DNA of 64,000 nt from IMG/VR virus record IMGVR_UViG_3300042520_001372. One strand, 5' to 3'. Below are positions 46,201 through 54,200 of the stretch, one piece after another (positions within the stretch are counted from its first letter, which is position 1; each line of letters opens with the position of its first letter). This DNA comes from a virus. The notes beneath the pieces are model-generated. The model did not search any database, had not been told where the DNA came from, and saw only the letters and a program-made list of their open reading frames with translations. Position numbers and translations under genes: made by a program.

Positions 46201-48249
46201 TATAGCAATATTATCTACACCTGTAGTATTATTACGAAGAGCGGCAACACCAAATCCAGAATTTCGTGTTCCAACTGTATTTGAACATAATGAAAATACA
46301 CCTACAGATGTATTAAATGTACCTACTGTGTTATTTACTAAAGAACATGTTCCTACAGCGACATTCTGAATACCTGTTGTATTACTTCGTAATGCACAGA
46401 AACCTACTGCTGTGTTGTTTGATGCTGTGTTTTCTCGTAAAGCTTGAAATCCAACTGAGGTATTATTTGAAGCGGTGGTTTTGTAGAGAGATAGGTATCC
46501 TACAGCAACGTTATTGCTTCCTACTAAGTTATTGCCTAAAGCATTTGTACCGACGGCAGTATTAAATGTTCCTGTGGTATTACTTATTAAAGCAGCATAC
46601 CCAAAAGCATCGTTGTTTGCTCCGGTTGTATTGTCTTTTAATGCTAAATCTCCTACAGCCGTGTTTCTAAAACCAGATGTATTTGCTCGTAAAGAACAAA
46701 ATCCTACTGCTGTATTTTTATCACCTACTGTATTAGTTGCTAATGCACAAAAACCTACTGCTGTAGTTCTTGTACCAGTAGTATTATTTCTTAATGCACA
46801 GAAACCAACTGCTGTGTTGTTTGATGCTGTATTTAATTGTAGGGCACAAGTACCAACTGCGGTATTGTTTGAAGCTGTATTACAAAGTAAAGCGTAAAGA
46901 CCTACAGCAACGTTTTGAGCACCTACTATGTTAGCATACAAAGCTGCTCTACCTAAAGCTGTATTTAATGTACCTGTAGTATTGCTTCTTAAAGCAATAT
47001 CACCTAAAGCTGTATTATTAACTCCTGTTGTATTAGCGGCTAAAGCTGTAGCACCTACTGCTGTATTTTGTTGACCAGTTGTATTAGCACATAAAGCGTT
47101 AATACCTACAGCTGTATTAAGAGTACCAATTGTATTACATGCTAAAGCACTTCTACCAATAGCTGTGTTATTTCCTCCTGTTGTATTATTTCTTAAAGCA
47201 TATGTTCCTAAAGCAGTGTTTTCTCCACCTGTAGTATTACATCTTAGAGCTGAGAATCCAACTGCAACATTATTAGAAACTGCATTGACATATAAAGCTA
47301 AATGGCCTACACCTACGTTATTGTTAGCATTACCTACATTTCTTAAAGCACTTCCTCCTAAAGCAACGTTATTGCTACCTGCTAAGACATTTCTTAATGC
47401 AGTTCTACCCATTGCTACGTTATACGTTCCTGAGGTTAGGGTATATGCTGCATGGAAACCAACTGCAGTATTGTAACTGCCTACACTATTATAGTTAAAC
47501 ACCCTATTACCAACTGCTACGTTTTGGGTACCTGTTGTATTACTACATAATGCACATGAACCGACTGCTGTATTATTTGATGCTGTATTTGAACGTAAAG
47601 CACTATCACCAATTGCAACATTACTAGAAGCACCTGTACTATTATAAGCTGCATAATAACCTACAGCTACGTTTGAACCACCTGTTATATTAAATCTTAA
47701 AGCTGTTCTGCCTACGGCTGTATTTCTAGTACCTACTGTATTATTTAGTAAAGCTGTTCTACCTACTGCTGTATTACTAGTTCCTGTTGTGTTACTTTCT
47801 AAAGCACTTCTTCCTATAGCTGTATTTGAAACACCAATAGTATTTGCTGCTAAAGCACTACAGCCAACTGCTGTGTTGTCTATTCCTGTTGTATTATTTA
47901 ATAAAGCATTACACCCTACTCTAGTGTTACTAGCAATACTTCCTCCACCTAAACCAACACTGACACTATTTACTAAAATATCACAGCTTGCAACTTCAAA
48001 TTTTGCTGAAGGTGATGATGTATTAATACCAACATTTCCTCCTGAATAGTAGATATTACCTGCCGAACCGGTCCAGACAGAATCACCTGCATTGAGGGCA
48101 TAGGAGGCCGTAGCTGCATACGATGCAGAGACTGCATTACTGATTGATCCTGAAAAAGACCCTGTAAAAGATTGTGCTGTCACTCCTCCCGATACGCGGG
48201 TAGATCCGGAGACAATAAGACCATTTTTAATTACAAATTCATTAGCCAT
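40237..48249 (-). CDS. Giant repeat tail fibre with C-terminal intramolecular chaperone (peptidase S74)
   Basis: Roughly 140 units of 16/17 aa (NTAVGxxALxxNTTG); C-terminal FSDESVK...RAGVIAQEIQKVLPE...LLIEAIKEL. Confidence 0.85.
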   Translation of the reverse strand: MANEFVIKNGLIVSGSTRVSGGVTAQSFTGSFSGSISNAVSASYAATASYALNAGDSVWTGSAGNIYYSGGNVGINTSSPSAKFEVASCDILVNSVSVGLGGGSIASNTRVGCNALLNNTTGIDNTAVGCSALAANTIGVSNTAIGRSALESNTTGTSNTAVGRTALLNNTVGTRNTAVGRTALRFNITGGSNVAVGYYAAYNSTGASSNVAIGDSALRSNTASNNTAVGSCALCSNTTGTQNVAVGNRVFNYNSVGSYNTAVGFHAAYTLTSGTYNVAMGRTALRNVLAGSNNVALGGSALRNVGNANNNVGVGHLALYVNAVSNNVAVGFSALRCNTTGGENTALGTYALRNNTTGGNNTAIGRSALACNTIGTLNTAVGINALCANTTGQQNTAVGATALAANTTGVNNTALGDIALRSNTTGTLNTALGRAALYANIVGAQNVAVGLYALLCNTASNNTAVGTCALQLNTASNNTAVGFCALRNNTTGTRTTAVGFCALATNTVGDKNTAVGFCSLRANTSGFRNTAVGDLALKDNTTGANNDAFGYAALISNTTGTFNTAVGTNALGNNLVGSNNVAVGYLSLYKTTASNNTSVGFQALRENTASNNTAVGFCALRSNTTGIQNVAVGTCSLVNNTVGTFNTSVGVFSLCSNTVGTRNSGFGVAALRNNTTGVDNIAIGYQTLYGNVVGSNNVAVGRDALLCNTASNNTAVGFCALRSNTAGSYNTALGRTALQNNTTGLLNTALGANTLQSNTTGVGNTAVGTSALSTNTVGSFNTAVGRSSLAVNTASNNTAVGYFSLRYNTTGGENTALGTYALRSNTTGTFNVAVGVSALNANTVGQYNTGIGFQALVNNTASRNTALGACALHQNTTGTRNTALGYKASILNTTGVNNTSIGYCSLALNTVGTNNTAVGICALRSNTTSSNNTAVGNCALLSNTTGALNVAVGSQALQNSTVGDCNIAVGHGALQYNSSGNKNVAIGHQALVYNGAGLNNVGIGYRTLFNNTASNNTAVGFCALRNNTTGTYNVAVGTLSLLANTVGTRNVGIGVNTIRCNTSGANNVAFGHNAMYSNISGVNNVALGYRALVFANADRNVAIGTGVLTYGGSNNVGVGFCALFCNSASNNTAVGYCALRTNTTGTKNVAIGSCALRANIVGSYNTAIGFNALRCNTNATSNIAIGYAAAASNTIGTSLVAIGVNALVYNTTGARNVAVGQSALYCNIIGENNVAVGHFTLRDNKASNNTAVGTSALRYNTTGTRNVGVGHIALTSNTTGIDNTALGYRALKSNTIGLRNTAIGSYALDVNTTGNSNTSVGWASLLSNTVGTSNTAVGIDALRYNTVSGNTAVGFNALCNNTTGTNNTALGFCALRANTTGTANTSVGNQSLRDNTTGIQNTSIGFATLAKNTVGSRNSAFGDNTLFNNTTGGYNSAFGRASMYSNVSGANNTALGFYSLFSNTASNNTAVGFCALRSNTTGTQNTALGVLALQANTTGGYNTAVGRSALQSNTVGALNISVGAFSLFRNTIGIRNIGMGNSALEFNTSGNYNVAIGVSALYTNNAGSNNVAIGEQTLRQNTASNNTAIGFCTLRNNTAGSYNTALGRSALSANTIGTDNIAVGPFSLGLNTTGIQNVAVGPAALFCNTVGINNVAIGHVALYKNTASNNTAVGFNALRCNTTGTENTSLGLCSMRLNTTGRYNTSVGSKSSANNTTGCANVSLGQGALYSNIVGNNNTAIGRSSLGYNTASNNTAVGFSALRNNTTGGANTAVGFYALCANTTGDNNTAVGREALRLGTTGRFNTALGRYAGCSINSNYNTAVGFAALRYTTTGSSNTALGLESLRNNTLGGSNVGVGVQALKNNTTGNNNVSVGRDSMYCNTVGASNTAVGHYSLRSNTASNNTAVGFCALRNNTTGASNTAVGFCALSTNITGVRNTAVGYNALTSNLSSDNAAFGRFALLSNTTGTNNIGINTNALICNINGSNNVAIGRDALFSNSGGNNNVGIGTNALFGNTASNNTAVGNSALQNNTTGCYNTALGQCALSSNTTGGYNVAIGRIALRDNTTGASNTAVGNFTLGFNITGTGNTAVGSVALLGGQGNNNTAVGNLALCTNSTSCNNTALGAEALRCNTASNNTAVGFCALRSNTTGTNNTSVGICSLLANTSGEQNTSVGNFALLSNTTGVNNSAFGYRALASNTTANGNTAFGVRALCLNTTGGNNTAVGVGALRLNISGENNIALGTSALYSNTASNNTAVGFLAMRNNTSGTKNVGLGRTALYGNITGNYNVAVGYDSQRCSGGGSNNTSLGFYSLFANTASNNTAVGFNALRCNTTGTGNSSLGYASLVANTTGNNNTALGFLALRFNTASSNTAVGFYALRNNTTGTNNVAVGNNALVNNTFAVRNVAIGTSALCANTSSSNNTAVGYIALQANNGGTNNTALGVNALRSNTTGCDNTALGSLALDYNVTGINNTAVGRCALRNNTASNNTAIGLNAGICITSGACNVILGSATATGFAAENKNIFISDGAGNIRMFVTGSTGFVGVGPGFTAPIYPLHVSGSSGGISIYATNDIAAFSDESVKTELQVIENALEKVKEINGYTYVRSDSEDTTRRAGVIAQEIQKVLPEVITKNPDGTLNVAYPNLVALLIEAIKELDKELQELKSK

Positions 48250-48294
48250 AAGTATACCCGTTCACTGTCCGGGGCAGGTGTTTGTTATAAATAG

Positions 48295-51200
48295 TTAGAA
48301 GTACCTAACCATGTAATTAATATCGAAAGGAGTTATCCCTGAGTTTGCAGCTGATAGCCAGGTCGGTGCTCCGTAGGTTATCGCAAAGCTTATTGCGGAA
48401 GTGTTACCGATATCTGTCGTAACTACTTCATTGATGACAGCACTTGTAGCTGCAAGAGAAACCGATACCATTATAGTTCCAACACGTTGGTTTGCACCTG
48501 TTGATGCGTCTTTTATAACGTAATCAACGAAGGCTGCATAGGTTGTACCGGGTACAAATGAAATAATATTAGTACCTGGGCCTGGACTTAGTAATGCCGG
48601 TGCTACTTCGTAGTCTATTACTGATCCGGAGATTGATAATGCTCCTCCGATATGGAGTTGCTGTTGGGGGGAGGTAGTGTTAACACCGACAAATCCTGTT
48701 GAACCGGTAACAAACATTCTTATGTTACCTGCACCGTCGGAGATGAAGATGTTACAGTTTTGAGTACCGAATCCGTTAGCTGATGCTCCACCTAAGATTA
48801 CGTTACAAGCTCCTGTTGTAATACAGATACCAGATGATAGACCGATGGCTGTATTTCTGTTACCATAAGTAACATTTCTTAAAGCACTACTTCCTACAGC
48901 AGTATTATAACTGACAGCATTGTACCTTAAAGCATAGGCTCCTAAAGATGTATTATTGTTACCGACACTAGCTCTTGAGTTATTATAACCTATAGCTGTG
49001 TTATTTGATCCCCCGGTGTTGATTAATAAAGCACTTTGACCAAAAGCTGAGTTTCTTACACCGTTAACATTGTAAAATAAAGCACCAGCACCAACAGCTG
49101 AGTTAGCGGTACCTGTTGTGTTACATCTTAAAGCACTTCCACCAACTGCTGTATTGTTATTAGCAGTATTACCTCGTAAAGCATAAAATCCAATACCTAC
49201 ATTACCTGAACCTATAATATTTGCTCTTAAAGCACTATGTCCTACAGCTGCGTTTTCTGCTCCAGTTGTATTAGCAACAAGTGCTGCAAAACCCATGGCT
49301 GTGTTATTAGCGCCTGTAGTGGTAGATTCCATAGCATATGTACCAACAGCTGTATTTCCACTAACTGTATTTGCTTCTAATGCTTGATCCCCTAAAGCAG
49401 TATTTCCAGTACCTGAAATGTTTAATCTTAAAGTGCATCTACCTATAGCTGTGTTTCCGTAACCCCCAGCATTACACCTAGCGGCACAGAAACCAACCGC
49501 TGTATTACCAGAGGCTGTATTGTCTATAAGAGCTTGAGTACCTACAGCTGTGTTTTGGGTACCTACAATATTAGAAATCAAGGCACCACAGCCTACAGCT
49601 ACGTTATTTGTTCCTGTTGTATTAGCCCTCAAAGCGGCATAACCTACTGCTGTGTTATTTGATGCTGTGTTAGCACATAAAGCATTTAAACCTATAGCAA
49701 CGTTAGAAATACCTGTTGTATTATTTCTTAAAGAATAAACACCTAAAGCTGTGTTTGCTTGACCTGTACTGTTACAAAGTTGAGAGTACCAACCTACTGC
49801 TGTATTGTTAGATCCTGTGGTAGTAGCTTCTAAAGCACCTCTACCAATTGCTGTGTTTCCACCTGCTGTTGTATTATTAAATAAGGCACTAGAACCTACT
49901 GCTGTATTTCTATCACCTATTGTGTTAAGTTGCAAAGCATTAGTTCCTAAGGCTGTGTTTGAACTACCAATTGTATTTGTTGATAATGAATTAATACCTA
50001 CAGCTACGTTATTTGTTCCTGTTGTATTACTTCTTAATGCACAGAAACCTACTGCTGTGTTGTTTGATGCTGTGTTACAACGTAATGCGTTAGTTCCTAA
50101 TGCTGTGTTGTTTGAACCAACAAGGTTGTAAGCTAGTGACTGGTTACCTACAGCAACGTTATTTTCTCCTGTACTATTGTTTCTTAATGTATAATATCCA
50201 ACAGCTGTATTGAGTTTTCCTGTTGTATTCAGTCTTAGTGAGAAATGTCCTATTCCCACATTTCTGGTACCAATAGTGTTAGAACATAGAGCATTAACAC
50301 CAACGGCTGTGTTTGTTGTTCCGGTTGTATTACTTCTTAATGAATTGTAACCTACAGCTGTGTTGTTTGAGGCTGTGTTAGTTCTTAAAGCATAATATCC
50401 AATACCTACATTACTTGACCCTACAGTATTTGTTAATAAAGCACTTAAGCCAATAGCAATGTTTGATTTACCTGTAGTGTTGTCTCTTAAAGCATTATGA
50501 CCTAGAGCTACATTATAAGTTCCTGTAGTGTTGCACCGTAAAGACTGAAAGCCTACTGCTGTGTTGTATGAGGCTGTGTTGCTTGTTAGGGCTTGGTAAC
50601 CTATAGCGGTATTATTAATACCGGTTTGGTTTGCTCTTAGGGCAAATACACCAACTGCTGTGTTTTTTGTTCCTGTTGTATTACTACGTAAAGAATAGTA
50701 TCCAAAAGCAGTATTGCTGTTGGCTGTATTGAACAGTAAAGAACTTCTACCCATTGCGGTATTAGAACGTCCTGTGACATTACTGTACAAGGCTTGTCTA
50801 CCTACTGCTGTGTTATTGTATCCTGTAGTGTTAAGTTGAAGGGCTCCTAAACCTACTGCTGTGTTATCAACACCTGTTGTATTATTACGTAAAGCAAAAG
50901 CACCAAGGGCAGTATTACATCCTCCTATTGTAGTATTAACTAAAGCACAAGTACCTACAGCTACGTTGTTTGTTCCTGTTGTATTTTGTCTTAGTGAACA
51001 AAAACCTACTGCTGTGTTACTTGTTCCTGTTGTATTACTTCTTAATGTATAAAAACCTACAGCAGTATTACTATTAGCTGTATTATACAACATTGATTGG
51101 AAACCAACAGCTGTATTGTTTGAACCAGCATTTCCAACCTGCATTGCACTAGTTCCTACAGCCACGTTACTAGCACCACCTGTGTTTGCACATAAAGCAG

Positions 51201-54200
51201 CACCACCAAGGGCTGTGTTGTAGTTACCAGTAATGTTTCTTAATGTATTTGTACCTACACCCACGTTGTAGTTGTTGGCAGTAGCTGAGTTTAAAGAGTT
51301 TACACCAATACCAACATTATTGCTACCGTTTGTATTAGCTATTAAAGCATTTATACCTATAGAAACGTTATTAACTCCGGTTGTATTACATCTTAAAGTA
51401 TTATATCCTAAAGCCGTATTATTAATACCGGTTGTATTACCTATTAAGGTATATTTACCAACACCGGTGTTACCTGTTCCGACTGTATTACTTTCTAACA
51501 CTCTAAAACCTACGGCAGTATTATGTACACCTGTTGTATTACTAGATAACGCGCAAGTACCTACTGCTGTGTTAGATGAAGCTGTATTAATAAGCAAAGA
51601 CCTAAAACCTAACGATACGTTATTATCACCGGTAATGTTACATATAAGAGCTTGTGTTCCTATAGCAGTGTTACGGTTACCTGTAGTAATTTTACATGCT
51701 GTTTCATAACCTAAAGCTACGTTATTTATACCTCCGGTATTGTTAAATAATGATAATGTACCAACTGAAGTATTATTAATACCTGTTGTGTTACATTTTA
51801 AAGAATTTGAACCTACTGAAACGTTATATTTACCTGTTGTATTACTTCGTAAAGCACTATATCCAACAGCTGTATTGTTTGATGCTGTGTTAGAGAATAA
51901 AGATCTAAATCCAAGAGCTGTATTATTTGTTCCGGCAACATTAGAATATAAAGCACCGCAACCCATGGCAATATTATAACTACCGCCTTGGTTTAATCTC
52001 ATTGAGAGATTACCAACAGTTACGTTTTGTACACCTGTAGTGTTTGAACATAAAGCATAGTAACCTAAACCTACGTTACCAACACCAGTAGAATTACAAC
52101 GTAAGGAACTACGGCCTGCGGCTACGTTTCTACAACCTGTTAAGTTAGCAATCATAGAACTATACCCTATAGCTGTATTTGCTACTCCGGAAGTGTTAAG
52201 AGCTAAGGCATTATAACCTACTGCTGTATTAGCACCCCCTGTTGTATTATCTCGAAGGGCTTGAAAACCTAAAGCTGTATTTTGAACACCTGTAGTATTA
52301 TTTCTTAATGCACAGAAACCTACTGCTGTGTTGTTTGATGCTGTATTTGCTTGAAGTGCTCTAGAACCTAAAGCTGTATTATTATTACCACTTATATTAC
52401 TATTTAAAGAATCGTTACCTACTGATGTATTACAAGAGCCTACAGTAGTGTATCTTAAGGCTGATATACCTATTGCTGTATTTAAAACACCTGTAGTATT
52501 ACTTTGAAGAGATAAAGCACCTAATGAAGTATTATATGAACCAATAGTGTTGTTTGACAATGATGTAACACCAACAGCTGTATTAAGTGTTCCTGTTGTA
52601 TTACTTCTTAATGCACAAAAACCAATGGTTGTGTTGTTGGATGCTGTATTGCAGTTTAGACTATAATGTCCTAAAGCTGTATTATTAACCCCTGTTGTAT
52701 TATACTGTAAAGCACCTCCGCCTATTGCTGTATTTTTAATTCCTACTGTATTATACTGTAAAGCACTAGTACCTACAGCAGTGTTCTGTGCTCCTGTTGT
52801 ATTACTTCTTAACGCTAGAGACCCTAAAGCAACATTATATAATCCTGTTGTATTACTTCTCAATGCACAGAAACCTACTGCTGTGTTGTTTGAGGCTGTG
52901 TTACAAGTTAAAGCAAAAGCACCAACAGCTGTATTTTTTCCTCCTGTTGTTGTTCCATATAATGTTCTGTGTCCAAAACCAGCATTGTACGCTCCTGTGG
53001 TGTTGCTTGATACAGAAAGATATCCAAAAGCACTATTATCAAATCCAGTTGTATTAGAATATAATGCTCCATTACCTAAAGCATTGTTTCTAAAACCAGT
53101 AGTATTAAGTATTAAAGCTACTCTACCAACAGCTACGTTATTAGCACCTGTTGTATTACATCTTAATGCACTATTACCTAAAGCAGTATTGTTAAATCCA
53201 ATAGTATTATTTTGTAAAGCTACAGCACCAACAGCAGTATTATTAAAACCTGTTGTATTGGTAAATAAAGCACTAGCACCTAATGATGTATTATATGCTC
53301 CTGTTGTATTAGTTCTTAAGGCATTAACACCAACTGCTGTATTGTTTACTCCTGTTGTATTATTTCTTAATGATAAGTATCCGACTGCTGTATTGTTAGA
53401 TACTGTGTTGCAGAATAATGAAAAGAATCCTAGAGCTGTATTATTTGTTCCTACAGTATTATACTGTAAACTACCAAATCCTACTGCGGTATTATTTGCT
53501 CCGGTAGTATTGCAGAACATAGAACCTCTACCAATTGCTGTGTTAAAAGCACCTCCTGTATTAAATCTAAGAGATCCTAAACCAACAGCTGTATTTTCAG
53601 TTCCTGTTGTATTTACACATAAAGATTGAAAACCTATTGCTGTATTACATACACCTACAGTATTATTTTGTAAAGAATATGTACCTACGGCTGTATTTAA
53701 AATACCTGTAGTGTTAAACTTTAAGGCTTGTGTACCTACAGCGGTATTACTTACTCCAGAAGTGTTATAAGCTAGAGCTAATTGACCTATACCAACATTA
53801 TTAGCACCTGTATTATTTCTTAAAGCGTCAGTACCTATACCTATAGTATTTCCAATACCTGGACTGGCATACATTGCTGCTTCTCCAATAGCAATAACAG
53901 TATTTCCTGTAACTGAGCCTGCTGCTCTATAACCAATAGCAATATTGTTTGTACCGGCGGTATTTGCTGTTAAAGAATTAGTACCAATTGCTATGTTTTG
54001 ATTACCGGTTGTGTTACATCTTAGTGCTTTATAACCTAGAGCTACGTTTCTGCATCCTGCTGTATTATTTCTTAATGCACAGAAACCTACTGCTGTGTTA
54101 TTAGAGGCTGTGTTAGAAAGAAGTGTATAAAATCCAACTGCTGTATTACTTTTACCTATAGTGTTACTATATAAACTACCATCACCAACAGCAGTATTAT

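Noticed and set aside
40604-48855. Duplicated fibre block as a DGR template/variable repeat
   Set aside because: No reverse transcriptase; both copies are coding; differences are not adenine-specific
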